DNA of 58,568 nt from an uncultured Bacteroidota bacterium (GTDB lineage Bacteria > Bacteroidota > Bacteroidia > Bacteroidales > FEN-979). Shown here piece after piece: positions 49,427-58,568 of the stretch (its first letter is position 1; each line of letters starts with the position of its first letter). Location of the stretch: NCBI GenBank assembly GCA_937862805.1, contig CALMDO010000200.1:1-58568 (forward strand). Reading direction: 5' to 3'. Position numbers and translations under genes: made by a program. The notes below the pieces were generated by a model, which was not told where the DNA came from, made no database searches, and saw only the letters and a program-made list of their open reading frames with translations.

Positions 49427-51538
49427 TCAGGGGCGTTCCTGTTTCTTGAAGTTGTCTAAAGCGCTGTCCAAAAAGGAGATAAAGGCATCTACATTAAGGT
49501 CGTAGGCTCTGGGTTTTACCAACAGGTTTCCGGTAGTGTCGAGCAGCACGTAATACGGCTGTGAATTCACATGGAACCGCGTGATCTGTAAATCGGCAAA
49601 CTGCTTTCCGATCGTTTTCTTGACTTTTCCGTCGTATGATGATGTAAACCATTCTTTTTCAGGAACATCGGATTTGTCGTCAACGTAAAGAGCGGCAATG
49701 ACGAACCCTTCTCTTAACCGTTTCAGCACCCTGGGGTCGGACCACACATTGGATTCCATTTCGCGGCAGTTCACGCATCCGTGGCCTGTAAAATCGATAA
49801 ACAAGGGCTTATTTTGCTTTTTGGCGCACGCCAGTGCCTGGTTGTAATCGAAGTACCCCTGCAATCCATGGGGCAATTTCAAAAACTCGCCGTATTTGGG
49901 TTTGTCGCACAAGGTGGATGGGACCGTATTAGCCGGTGTCGCAGTGGTTGCAGCCTGAACCTCTTCCTTGATGATGGCTTTCAGGTCAAAATCATGGTAG
50001 GTTTCCGGTGGCAGGTATCCTGACAGGGCTTTCAGCGGCGCTCCCCACATTCCGGGAATCATATACACGACAAAGGTGAAGACCACGATGGCCAACAGTA
50101 TGCGGGGGACACTGATAAAGGGCAGATCAGAATCATGGTGAAATTTTAATTTTCCGATCAGGTACATTCCCATCAGGAAGAAGATAACGATCCAAAAGGC
50201 CAGGTACACTTCACGGTCGAGGATGTGCCAGTGGTAGGTTTGGTCGGCAATGCTCAGGAACTTCAAACCCAGTGCCAATTCCAGGAAACCGAGAACAACT
50301 TTGACCGAGTTCAGCCAGCCGCCTGACTTAGGGATTCCCGCCAGCCAGGCAGGGAAGAAGGCGAAGAGGGCAAACGGCAGTGCAAAAGCCAGCGAAAAAC
50401 CGAACATCCCGATGATGGGCATCAGGATATGCCCGCTGGCTGCTTTGACCAGGATTGCCCCGACAATCGGCCCGGTACACGAGAAAGAGACCAGTACCAA
50501 GGTAAAAGCCATGAAAAATGCACCGGTATAACCGCCCTTATCAGCTTGTTTATCAGCTTTGTTCACCAGCCAGTTGGGGAGCGTTATTTCGAACATCCCT
50601 AAAAAGGAAGCGGCAAAGACCATAAAGATCACAAAAAAGAAGAGGTTGGGGGCCCAGTGGGTACTCAGGAAGTTGGCAAAATTAGCGCCCAGGGTTACCG
50701 CCACAAGCGTTCCCACCACTGTGTAGATCATGATGATCGAAAGACCGTAAACGACGGCTTCCATTCTTGCTTTCCGCTTGCTTCGCGTATCGTGCATGAA
50801 AAAAGTCACCGTCATCGGGATCATCGGAAAGACACAAGGGGTGAGGATGGCCATCAGTCCTGCAAGGAAAGAGATGATAAAAAACCAGAGCAACGACTGG
50901 TTAACGGCAGCATCGGCGGCGGTGGTGGTCAGACTGGATTGCACAGCCTTTGAATGTACTGAATCCTTTTTCGCTTCCTCAACAGGGACACCGGAAGATT
51001 GCGCCTGTTGAACCGAAGGAGTTGCATTTTCAGTCGTTTGCCCTCCGGGTGAAGCGGTCGGGGTCGATGCCATAGCTTGCGGATTTCCCTTAACAATGAA
51101 AGAGAACTCGACATCATTGGGAGGAAGGCATTGTTTATCGTCGCAGCACATGAAGTTCACCACCCCTTTTACCGTAAAATCATTTTGATTGAGAACTTTT
51201 ATTTTTTGTTTGAAAATGACTTTATCGGCAAAAAACTTAAGGACCATATCGAAGTTGGGGTCGTTTTCTTCAATGGCTTTGGGTTCGGTAACTTTCCCAA
51301 CACGTTCGTAATCTTTGCTTTTATCGAATGAAAAAGTGGTTGGGATAGGCCCACCGGATGGAATGTCCTGGGAATAGACATGCCAACCTTTGTCAGCCGT
51401 GGCGATTAAGAGCAGGGTTGCTTCGCCGGGTGTTTTTTGTTCTGTTTTAAAGGACCATTTGACCGGATCAAGAATCTGGCTGATGGAGGATAAAGGCAGG
51501 AAAAGTGCTAACAGCAGGAGGATCCTGGTATTTTTCAT
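49427..51538 (-). CDS. dsbD: Thiol:disulfide interchange protein DsbD family
   Basis: 703 aa. It has a signal peptide and N-terminal periplasmic domain, a membrane core with LTPCVFPMIP and SFSCTGP, and a C-terminal thioredoxin fold with GHGCVNCREME. Confidence 0.9.
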   Translation of the reverse strand: MKNTRILLLLALFLPLSSISQILDPVKWSFKTEQKTPGEATLLLIATADKGWHVYSQDIPSGGPIPTTFSFDKSKDYERVGKVTEPKAIEENDPNFDMVLKFFADKVIFKQKIKVLNQNDFTVKGVVNFMCCDDKQCLPPNDVEFSFIVKGNPQAMASTPTASPGGQTTENATPSVQQAQSSGVPVEEAKKDSVHSKAVQSSLTTTAADAAVNQSLLWFFIISFLAGLMAILTPCVFPMIPMTVTFFMHDTRSKRKARMEAVVYGLSIIMIYTVVGTLVAVTLGANFANFLSTHWAPNLFFFVIFMVFAASFLGMFEITLPNWLVNKADKQADKGGYTGAFFMAFTLVLVSFSCTGPIVGAILVKAASGHILMPIIGMFGFSLAFALPFALFAFFPAWLAGIPKSGGWLNSVKVVLGFLELALGLKFLSIADQTYHWHILDREVYLAFWIVIFFLMGMYLIGKLKFHHDSDLPFISVPRILLAIVVFTFVVYMIPGMWGAPLKALSGYLPPETYHDFDLKAIIKEEVQAATTATPANTVPSTLCDKPKYGEFLKLPHGLQGYFDYNQALACAKKQNKPLFIDFTGHGCVNCREMESNVWSDPRVLKRLREGFVIAALYVDDKSDVPEKEWFTSSYDGKVKKTIGKQFADLQITRFHVNSQPYYVLLDTTGNLLVKPRAYDLNVDAFISFLDSALDNFKKQERP

Positions 51539-51582
51539 GGTTCAGTGAATTGGTGAGATCAGCGGGTACAAAAATATAACTT

Positions 51583-52959
51583 TTAGCCGAGGGAGAGTAT
51601 CTCAACGCAAAGTATCTCTTTGGTACGGGAGGTTACCCTGAAGCGGTGGTCGATGCGGTGGCCCACCACCCAAACGATATGGTTACCTGAGCAGAGCAGC
51701 CAGCAATTTTCTTTCTCGGGGAGAGAAAATTTCTGATCTATAAAGAAGTCACTTAGTTTTTTTCGTTTATTCATCCCCAGGGGGTAGAAAGCATCGCCAG
51801 TTTTCCAGTGACGCAATGTGAGCGGAAAGGTAAGGTGTTGAAGGTTAAGACAGGCGATCAGGGATGAAGCAGGTATCTCGTATCCTTTCCCTATCGTCGT
51901 GAGGGTGAAACGCAGCACCAATGGCTCCATGATGGTAACATTTCCTTTTTCGATGGAAAAGAGGGGCTCTTCTTTTGAGGAGTCAATGTTTACGTTGGAT
52001 GGATTTCCTTCTCCCGGCGCCAGAGGGATGATGATCAGTTGATTTCTGTCTTTGATCAGACGGTGGGTACGTGAATAGAACACTTTGCCGCTTTCTTTGT
52101 CAATCGATCCCAGAAGATCACGGATGGCTGTCTCGTTGAAACCGTAAGGTGAAAGCATTTCCCAAGCCAAAGGTTCCAGAGGATTCATTTTGGCAAAAAG
52201 AGGCAGGTCAACGCGGAGCTCTTCTCCTTTTTGTTGCATAACTTTCAATGTATTCCTGTTGATTTCCTCTTTCCAGAAAGTTTCTATCTGGCGGATCTGA
52301 CTGATGGTGGCTGTGATACCTTTTAAAAAATCAGGGTTGATGGAGTGTATGATGGGTAGTAACTCCAGCCGGATGCGGTTACGGAGGTATTTTATATCAT
52401 TGTTCGAACGGTCTTTACGCCAGGAGATGGGGTTACGGTAAGCATAGTTTTCAATCTCCCTGCGGGAGGTAAAGAGCAGGGGACGTACGATCCGTTCTTT
52501 TTTCGGGAAGATACCGTGAAGTCCCTGGATACCGGTACCACGTATCAGGTTGATAAAAAAAGTTTCGGTTTGGTCATCCTGGTGATGGGCAGTGGCTACA
52601 AAGTCGAAATGGTGGATGGTTCGGATCTCTTCGAACCATCCATAGCGGAGTTTACGGGCAGCCATCTGCACCGAGATCCCTTCGCGCGAAGCGATGTTCC
52701 GGGTCTCAAAATGCCGGGAGTAAAAGGGAACCCCGTATTTTTCAGCGAGATCACACACGAATTGTTCGTCTTCGTCACTTTCATTATCTCTCAGACGAAA
52801 ATTGCAATGAGCCATTCCGAACCGATATCCTGCCTTATGGAACAAGTCGGCCATGACGACCGAATCCACTCCTCCGCTCACGGCTAATAAAATACGTGAA
52901 TCGGGAGCGAAAAGCTCCTGTTCGGCAATGAATTGTTTCATCAGATCAACCATTCTCAT
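51583..52959 (-). CDS. tilS: tRNA(Ile)-lysidine synthase
   Basis: 458 aa with PP-loop motif LAVSGGVDSVVM. It also has the C-terminal TilS domain (CSGNHIVWVVGHRID). Confidence 0.93.
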   Translation of the reverse strand: MRMVDLMKQFIAEQELFAPDSRILLAVSGGVDSVVMADLFHKAGYRFGMAHCNFRLRDNESDEDEQFVCDLAEKYGVPFYSRHFETRNIASREGISVQMAARKLRYGWFEEIRTIHHFDFVATAHHQDDQTETFFINLIRGTGIQGLHGIFPKKERIVRPLLFTSRREIENYAYRNPISWRKDRSNNDIKYLRNRIRLELLPIIHSINPDFLKGITATISQIRQIETFWKEEINRNTLKVMQQKGEELRVDLPLFAKMNPLEPLAWEMLSPYGFNETAIRDLLGSIDKESGKVFYSRTHRLIKDRNQLIIIPLAPGEGNPSNVNIDSSKEEPLFSIEKGNVTIMEPLVLRFTLTTIGKGYEIPASSLIACLNLQHLTFPLTLRHWKTGDAFYPLGMNKRKKLSDFFIDQKFSLPEKENCWLLCSGNHIVWVVGHRIDHRFRVTSRTKEILCVEILSLG

Positions 52960-53020
52960 AGTGATGTTATTACAAAAATACGCAATCTTTTCGTAATTTT
53001 AAACCTATTCTTCATTTCAT

Positions 53021-53028
53021 TACCTTTG
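53021..53028 (+). promoter_or_regulatory. -7 promoter box (TACCTTTG) for the 7TM histidine kinase
   Basis: Lies 30 nt upstream of the ATG at 53058. Confidence 0.45.
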
Positions 53029-53057
53029 ACTTGTAATATGTTTTAGAAAGCAGCCCT

Positions 53058-54842
53058 ATGGAGTTTCCTTTTTCTTTCTCCCAAAATTGGCAAGTAACAT
53101 ATATCACATGGATTCATTTAATTACGGCTTTAATCAGTCTGCAATTGGTATTCACTGTGTACAAAATGCAAACCATTCGGGGGCGTCTTCCTTTTCTTTG
53201 GATGATGGTACTGGCGGTCTTCTGGTCCTTGGTACTGACTTTTGAATCTGCAGCACCGACGATTGAACAAAAAATTTTCTGGTCGCGCCTGGAGTATATT
53301 TCCAACATGGGAATTCCGTTGATGTTCCTATGGTTCATTCAGTCTTATGATCTGGAAAAGTCCATCTCTGTCAGACGGTATAGCTGGGTGTTCTGGATTG
53401 TACCGGTCATTACCCTCTTGCTTGTCTTTACGAGCAATTTCCATACTTTGATCTGGACCGGTTTTTCGTGGAGCCCGATGGGGGGAAATGTGCTGATTTA
53501 CCAGCATGGCCCTGTCTTTTATATCGCGATGATCTATTCGTTGCTCCTGGTACTTCTGGGGAACATTCTGCTTATCCGTTTTGTACAAAAGCGGCCACGG
53601 TACTTTAAATCGCGGATCTGGTTTGTCATTGCCGGTTCTGCAGTTCCCTTTCTGACCGGATTGATTTATACTGTGGGATCGGATCCTTTGGAGGGTTTGG
53701 ATATCTCACCCATGGGGATTATGGTGGCCGGGTTCTTTTTCTTCTGGGGTATTGCCCGTGGACAGCTTTTTGATATTGTACCGGCTGGTCATCAATTCAC
53801 CATTGAGAAGATGACCGATGGTGCCATTGTATTGGATCCACATAATTTTATCATGGATATCAACCCGGTAGCATTGGATACCTTGCTGATCCATGAGACC
53901 CTTACTGGTTGCCGTCTTGACATCGTATTGCCGGCCGTGTACAAGGTTTTAGAGGAGGGCCAATCCACCGAGGAATTTACCCGGGAGGTCTGGATGGATC
54001 CCCCGGTATCGCGATGGTTTGACATCATGTACTATCCTTTGAAAGGCCCCCGTGATAACCAACTGGGTGGATTAGTGATCCTTCATGACATCACACTCCG
54101 GAAAAAGGATGAGCTGGAGTTAAAAAAACTGGCGAAAGAGCTCACGGAACTGAATGCCATGAAGGACAAACTCTATTCGCTGATCGGGCATGATTTACGC
54201 AGCCCTTTCAACGCTATATTGGGATACGCTGAGCTCCTGGCCGAGTCGTATGATGAATATTCAGATAAGGAGCGCAGGCAGTTTGCCGTAAGCATCAGCG
54301 TCGCCTCAAAAAGCGCTTTCAATTTGCTTGAAAACCTGCTGGAGTGGTCACGGATCCAGATGGGAAGAACAGTTTATTCCCCGGAGGAACTGAACCTAAA
54401 CCTGATGGTCAATGAAACCTTTCTGCTATTGAGGTTGAACGCCCAGGATAAAGGGATTCAATTGCGAAACCGGGTACTGCCCCGGGAAAAGATCTATGCA
54501 GATAAGAACATGGCCTCCGCAATTCTCCGGAACCTGATCTCCAACGGTATCAAGTATACATCTGCGGGTGGGCATGTCGATATAACTGCCATCACCCGTG
54601 AAAAGATGGTTGAAATCACGGTAACCGATACAGGAATCGGGATGAATCCGGAAAAAGTCAAAACACTTTTTCGGCTGGATGCCATTCAATCTACACAAGG
54701 TACGGCACGTGAAAAGGGCACCGGATTAGGGCTCCTGTTATGCAGGGAATTCATTGAAAAACATGGCGGTACGATCACAGTCTCCAGTGAAGAGGGGTTG
54801 GGCAGCCGCTTTGTGTTTACTTTACCTGTTATCAGGAGCTGA
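53058..54842 (+). CDS. Sensor histidine kinase (N-terminal 7TM module + PAS-like + HisKA + HATPase_c)
   Basis: 594 aa with about 7 N-terminal TM helices. H-box is LIGHDLRSPFNAILG, N-box is ILRNLISNGIKYT, and the G-boxes are DTGIGM and GTGLGLLL. Confidence 0.92.
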   Translation: MEFPFSFSQNWQVTYITWIHLITALISLQLVFTVYKMQTIRGRLPFLWMMVLAVFWSLVLTFESAAPTIEQKIFWSRLEYISNMGIPLMFLWFIQSYDLEKSISVRRYSWVFWIVPVITLLLVFTSNFHTLIWTGFSWSPMGGNVLIYQHGPVFYIAMIYSLLLVLLGNILLIRFVQKRPRYFKSRIWFVIAGSAVPFLTGLIYTVGSDPLEGLDISPMGIMVAGFFFFWGIARGQLFDIVPAGHQFTIEKMTDGAIVLDPHNFIMDINPVALDTLLIHETLTGCRLDIVLPAVYKVLEEGQSTEEFTREVWMDPPVSRWFDIMYYPLKGPRDNQLGGLVILHDITLRKKDELELKKLAKELTELNAMKDKLYSLIGHDLRSPFNAILGYAELLAESYDEYSDKERRQFAVSISVASKSAFNLLENLLEWSRIQMGRTVYSPEELNLNLMVNETFLLLRLNAQDKGIQLRNRVLPREKIYADKNMASAILRNLISNGIKYTSAGGHVDITAITREKMVEITVTDTGIGMNPEKVKTLFRLDAIQSTQGTAREKGTGLGLLLCREFIEKHGGTITVSSEEGLGSRFVFTLPVIRS

Positions 54843-54844
54843 AT

Positions 54845-55882
54845 TCAGATCTCCCAGGTGTCTCCTGAATTCAGCAGGTCATCCATGTTTCTGATCTTCG
54901 AGTTTTCCCGTGCGAATTTGATCTGCTCCCCGACCAGGTCATCGTAGGTAGGGTACATAGCAGAGCGGATCACTCCGAAAACCATGGGGAAGACCGGTGG
55001 TGCCAGTTTGGCTAACATCAGGTGGATGCCTGGATCCTGGTTGTATTGGTCGTGGATCAGGATGTCGTCGACCGTGATCCCGTTTTTACCGATTTCCGCT
55101 ACCTCCAGATGAGTTTCGCGCAGGATGATCCCTTTTTCATGATTCTTTCCAAAAAGCATGGGTTCCCCGTTTTTGAGGACCAGCATGGTTTCATCTTTAA
55201 CCTCTTTTCCGGTGATATCGCTGTGGGCTTTATCGGCAAAAATGATGCAGTTTTGCATGATCTCGATGATAGAGGTGCCATCATGGCGGGCAGCTTCAAA
55301 CATCGCTTCGGTCATCAGGTTAATGTTGTTATCGGGCACCCTGGCAAAAAAGGTGCCCTGCGCGCCCATTACAAGTTCTCCGACGGTGAAGGGATGTTCG
55401 ATGGTACCCTGAGGGGAGGTTTTGGTCACCTTGCCCATAGGGGTTGTCGGTGAATATTGTCCTTTGGTCAGACCATAGATTTGGTTGTTGAACAAGAGAA
55501 TGTTGATATCAACATTGCGTCGGATGACGTGGATAAAATGGTTCCCGCCGATCGCCAGGGAGTCCCCGTCGCCGGTTGCCATCCACACGCTCAGGCGGGG
55601 ATTGGCGATTTTTACGCCGGTTGAGATGGCAGCGGCACGCCCATGGATTCCATGGATCCCGTAGGTGTTTACGTAATAGGGGAAGCGGGAAGAGCAACCG
55701 ATGCCGGAGATCATACAGAAATTCTCTTTACGGTAACCGATTTTCGGGAAAACCCGTTCCACGGCGGCAAGAATGGCATGGGCACCGCATCCGGGGCACC
55801 ACTTGACCATCTGGTCACTTTCAAAATCAGTTTTTGTTAGTTGAACGTTCGAACGTTCAACGGTCATATTTAAAAAATCCAT
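54845..55882 (-). CDS. korB: 2-oxoglutarate (2-oxoacid):ferredoxin oxidoreductase subunit beta
   Basis: 345 aa with WCPGCGAHAIL and the TPP motif ATGDGDSLAIGGNH. Confidence 0.92.
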   Translation of the reverse strand: MDFLNMTVERSNVQLTKTDFESDQMVKWCPGCGAHAILAAVERVFPKIGYRKENFCMISGIGCSSRFPYYVNTYGIHGIHGRAAAISTGVKIANPRLSVWMATGDGDSLAIGGNHFIHVIRRNVDINILLFNNQIYGLTKGQYSPTTPMGKVTKTSPQGTIEHPFTVGELVMGAQGTFFARVPDNNINLMTEAMFEAARHDGTSIIEIMQNCIIFADKAHSDITGKEVKDETMLVLKNGEPMLFGKNHEKGIILRETHLEVAEIGKNGITVDDILIHDQYNQDPGIHLMLAKLAPPVFPMVFGVIRSAMYPTYDDLVGEQIKFARENSKIRNMDDLLNSGDTWEI

Positions 55883-55883
55883 G

Positions 55884-57734
55884 TTATTTTTCCTCCAGAA
55901 GTTGATTGATTTTTTCCGTTAATTCATTGATCATGAATGGAAGTCCCTGAACTTTGTTGTACTGATAGATGTTGGGCATCGGGAACTTCATGCGGAGATA
56001 ATTAACAAACTGTCCGCTGTTGAGTTCAGGGACCAGGATCTTTTTGAAGCCCCGGAGTACTTTCCCTGTGTTTTTAGGAAGGGGCATCAGGTGATGGAAA
56101 TGGGCATGGCTTACCGGTTTTCCCTCCTGTTGCATCTTTTTCACGGCGGAATGGACTGCGCCATAGGTACCCCCCCAGCTGACCACCAGCAATTCTCCTT
56201 CAGGGGCACCGTCGATGGTTTGCTCGGGAATAAAATCGGCCACCTTTTCAACTTTTGCAGCACGGAAGTCCACCATTTTCTGATGGTTTAAGGGGTCGGT
56301 GGAGACAGTGCCGATGACATCCTCTTTTTCAAGACCGCCGATGCGGTGGCGTAATCCTTCTGTTCCGGGGATGGCCCATTCGCGGACCAGCGTTTCCGGA
56401 TTTCTTTTATAGGGTTTGTAATTTGGATCATTGGGTTGAGCCATGGGAGGATTAATTGCAGGCATGTCGGCCATTTTCGGAATTCTGAAAAGGGTGGAAC
56501 CGAAACCTAAATAACCGTCGGTAAGCAGGATGACGGGAGTCATGTGTTCCATCGCCAATTTGGCAGCTTCATAGGCATAGTAGAAGCAATTTTCTGCAGT
56601 GGAGGCAGCGATCACAATGACCGGACATTCGCCGTTACGTCCGAAAAGTGCCTGGTACAGATCGCTTTGCTCTGATTTGGTTGGTAAACCGGTGGAGGGG
56701 CCACCGCGTTGTACATCCACGATCACCAGGGGCAGTTCGGTCATCACAGCCAGTCCGATGGCTTCGCTCTTGAGCGACAGGCCGGGCCCGGAGGTGGTAG
56801 TACAAGCCAGTGAACCGGTGTAAGAAGCGCCGATGGCGGAGCAGATTCCGGCAATTTCATCTTCGGCCTGGAAAACTTTTGCTCCTAATGATTTATGTTT
56901 TGCAAGTTCTATAAGGATCTCGGTAGCGGGTGTGATGGGGTAGGATCCAAGGAAGAGTGGTCTTCCCGATTTTTCGGAAGCAGCTAACAAACCCCAGGCA
57001 GTTCCTACGTTGCCTGTGATGTTCCGGTACCTTCCCTTTTCCATTTTGGCCGGAGCAACCTGGATCACCGATTCAATGGCTTCTACCGTTTCGGCATAAT
57101 TATAACCCGCCTGAAGCACAATTTTGTTGATCTCGATCAATTCAGGTTTTTTCTTGAACTTCTGTTCGAAATAATGAAAGGAAGGTTTTAAATCGCGGTT
57201 AAAAATGAAATAGAGGATCCCCAGGGCGAACATGTTCTTGCTCCGTTCCGCGGTTTTGTTGTCAATTCCCAAATCCTTCAGGCTCTCTTTGGTCAGCGTG
57301 GTGATGGGAGCTTTGATCATGTTGTAATCGGTAAGGGTACCGTCGCCCAACGGATCTTGCTTGTATCCTGCTTTTTCGATGGCTTTGTCGTCAAAAGCGT
57401 CGGTGTCGGTTAAGATCGTCGCCCCCTTTTTTGCCCATTTCAGGTTGGCTTTGAGGGATGCCGGATTCATGGCGACCAACACATCTACCTGGTCACCGGT
57501 AGTAAAAATTTTAGAACTTCCCATGTGTACCTGGAAGCCGGAAACTCCTGCTACCGTGTTTTGTGGCGCACGGATTTCGGCAGGAAAATCAGGAAAAGTA
57601 GCGAGGTCGTTACCAACCAGGGCAGCAACATCAGAGAACATGTTACCGCTAAGTTGCATTCCGTCGCCGGAATCACCTACAAATTTTACTACTACATCCT
57701 CCCGTTCAACAACAGCTCTTTTTTTCTTGGTCAT
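55884..57734 (-). CDS. korA: 2-oxoglutarate (2-oxoacid):ferredoxin oxidoreductase subunit alpha
   Basis: 616 aa with a fused gamma-like and alpha-domain architecture (GDSGDGMQLSG...; YPITPATEI). It ends 1 nt before the korB start. A -7 box (TAATTTTG on the minus strand) lies at 57755..57762. Confidence 0.92.
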   Translation of the reverse strand: MTKKKRAVVEREDVVVKFVGDSGDGMQLSGNMFSDVAALVGNDLATFPDFPAEIRAPQNTVAGVSGFQVHMGSSKIFTTGDQVDVLVAMNPASLKANLKWAKKGATILTDTDAFDDKAIEKAGYKQDPLGDGTLTDYNMIKAPITTLTKESLKDLGIDNKTAERSKNMFALGILYFIFNRDLKPSFHYFEQKFKKKPELIEINKIVLQAGYNYAETVEAIESVIQVAPAKMEKGRYRNITGNVGTAWGLLAASEKSGRPLFLGSYPITPATEILIELAKHKSLGAKVFQAEDEIAGICSAIGASYTGSLACTTTSGPGLSLKSEAIGLAVMTELPLVIVDVQRGGPSTGLPTKSEQSDLYQALFGRNGECPVIVIAASTAENCFYYAYEAAKLAMEHMTPVILLTDGYLGFGSTLFRIPKMADMPAINPPMAQPNDPNYKPYKRNPETLVREWAIPGTEGLRHRIGGLEKEDVIGTVSTDPLNHQKMVDFRAAKVEKVADFIPEQTIDGAPEGELLVVSWGGTYGAVHSAVKKMQQEGKPVSHAHFHHLMPLPKNTGKVLRGFKKILVPELNSGQFVNYLRMKFPMPNIYQYNKVQGLPFMINELTEKINQLLEEK

Positions 57735-57816
57735 GATAGCGTTTTTTAATACAGCAAAATTAAGATTTTTAGAGGTGACAATACCAAAAGAGAGATTTAA
57801 ATCTACCTGACTATTG

Positions 57817-57860
57817 TAAAAACAAAAAAGGTGGTTCCCTTTGATAAAACCACCTTTTTC
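57817..57860 (-). terminator. Rho-independent terminator between the ferredoxin gene and korA
   Basis: The minus strand reads GGAAAAAGGTGGTT-ttatcaaaggg-AACCACCTTTTTTGTTTTT. That is a 12-13 bp stem followed by a T-rich tail. Confidence 0.75.
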
Positions 57861-57875
57861 CAGACCAGGAATCGA

Positions 57876-58043
57876 TTATTCCGGATGGATCGCTTCTACC
57901 GGGCAAACATCGGCACAGGCGCCGCATTCGGTGCAAACTTCAGGATCAATTTTATAAATATCACCTTCAGAAATTGCTTCAACGGGACATTCATCGATGC
58001 AGGTTCCGCAAGCAGTGCAATCATCAGAGATTTTGTAAGCCAT
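57876..58043 (-). CDS. fdx: 2x[4Fe-4S] clostridial-type ferredoxin (55 aa)
   Basis: The sequence is MAYKISDDCTACGTCIDECPVEAI...CTECGACADVCPVEAIHPE. I prefer the ATG at 58043 because the upstream TTG at 58067 lies inside a leader hairpin. A -7 box (TATCTTTG on the minus strand) lies at 58102..58109. Confidence 0.9.
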   Translation of the reverse strand: MAYKISDDCTACGTCIDECPVEAISEGDIYKIDPEVCTECGACADVCPVEAIHPE

Positions 58044-58130
58044 GGCTTTGTAATATTTGGGTCCCAAAGGATTGGGACGTGGTTAATATTGAAATTAAAA
58101 GCAAAGATACTATTTTTCGGAAATCACAAG

Positions 58131-58568
58131 TTAATTTCCTTCCTGATTTAACATTGTTCTAAGCTCTATTTTTTCTCCATCGAAAACGGCATAAGTAAAA
58201 TGGGTCAGCCAGTCACCTACAACCACCAATTTCGCCTTGTTGTTCAATTTTTCGATCAAGGGATAATGATAATGACCACACACCAGGTAGTCGAGATCAG
58301 GATGGTTTTCCACCATCTTTTGAGCATGGATTTTTAATCTTTGACGGATGAGCCTGAGGTTCCGGTCAGCAGATTTTTTCTCTTTTTCAATGGCAGCATA
58401 ACGGCTCTTCCGAGACCAGAAAAGTGCCATGCAAATGCCCCAGTCCGGATGAAACCAGCGGAAAAGCCATTGATTAAAAGGGCAGGCAAAGACTTTCTTA
58501 ATGAATTTGTAACCATGATCTCCTGGTCCGAGGCCATCTCCGTGGGCCAGGTAAAACTTTTTTCCCAG
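58131..58568 (-). CDS. lpxH: UDP-2,3-diacylglucosamine diphosphatase (5' end outside the window)
   Basis: My translation from the window edge, in frame with ORF 58131..58430, reads LGKKFYLAHGDGLGPGDHGYKFIKKVFACPFNQWLFRWFHPDWGICMALFW...VCGHYHYPLIEKL...VVVGDWLTHFTYAVFDG. These are calcineurin-like phosphoesterase motifs typical of LpxH. Confidence 0.75.
   Translation of the reverse strand: MGKKFYLAHGDGLGPGDHGYKFIKKVFACPFNQWLFRWFHPDWGICMALFWSRKSRYAAIEKEKKSADRNLRLIRQRLKIHAQKMVENHPDLDYLVCGHYHYPLIEKLNNKAKLVVVGDWLTHFTYAVFDGEKIELRTMLNQEGN

Noticed and set aside
49405-49427. Hairpin ATACTAC-n9-GTAGTAT between the convergent M20 and dsbD genes
   Set aside because: It is a 7-bp AT-rich stem that overlaps the dsbD stop codon, with no T-tails. 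It could act as a bidirectional terminator, but the evidence is thin.

Overview
This window reads as a core chromosomal segment of a Bacteroidota genome. Several secreted proteins carry T9SS C-terminal sorting domains. TAnnTTTG -7 promoter boxes sit 20-35 nt upstream of many start codons, and leaders are A-rich with no Shine-Dalgarno sequence. Gene orders typical of the phylum are present: relA-fur-purA, rimP-nusA-infB, and CBS/nadK/DUF6089/uppS/bamA/skp/skp.

I call 43 CDS (two truncated by the window edges), one tRNA-Gln(UUG), several promoter boxes, three intrinsic terminators and one terminator-like leader hairpin. Content by theme:
- Stringent response and purine synthesis: relA/spoT, a Fur-like regulator, purA.
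- Translation and transcription: rimP, nusA, infB, rsgA, tilS.
- An accessory-looking block at 10.5-18.1 kb: a 14-bladed Asp-box propeller, a CotH-like protein and a deacetylase-like protein (all T9SS cargo), plus a tiny repeat protein and a sensor-less histidine kinase.
- Reductive pyrimidine catabolism: preT, preA.
- Envelope biogenesis: a DUF2723 GT-C-like protein, lgt, a GT-B glycosyltransferase, an Omp85 paralogue, uppS, bamA, two skp genes, lpxH.
- Central metabolism: sucA-sucB-nadB-gamma-CA, korA/korB with a ferredoxin, nadK.
- Others: a GH109-like oxidoreductase, a GH13 enzyme, an acyltransferase, an M20 dipeptidase, dsbD, dprA, a PrsW-like protease and a 7TM-PAS histidine kinase.

I found no CRISPR array, transposase, integrase, phage genes, toxin-antitoxin pair or recognisable defence gene, and no intergenic gap large enough to hide a big RNA gene. 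I do not see a convincing new multi-gene system. The best leads are modest:
- a terminator-like hairpin in the rimP-nusA-infB leader;
- an orphan secreted ADF-repeat mini-protein next to a sensor-less kinase and a T9SS-exported CotH-like protein;
- a DUF2723/TMEM260-like protein coupled to lgt;
- an extra single-POTRA Omp85 gene inserted into the outer-membrane biogenesis cluster;
- nadB embedded in the sucAB operon;
- paired palindromes in the sucA/M20 divergent promoter region.
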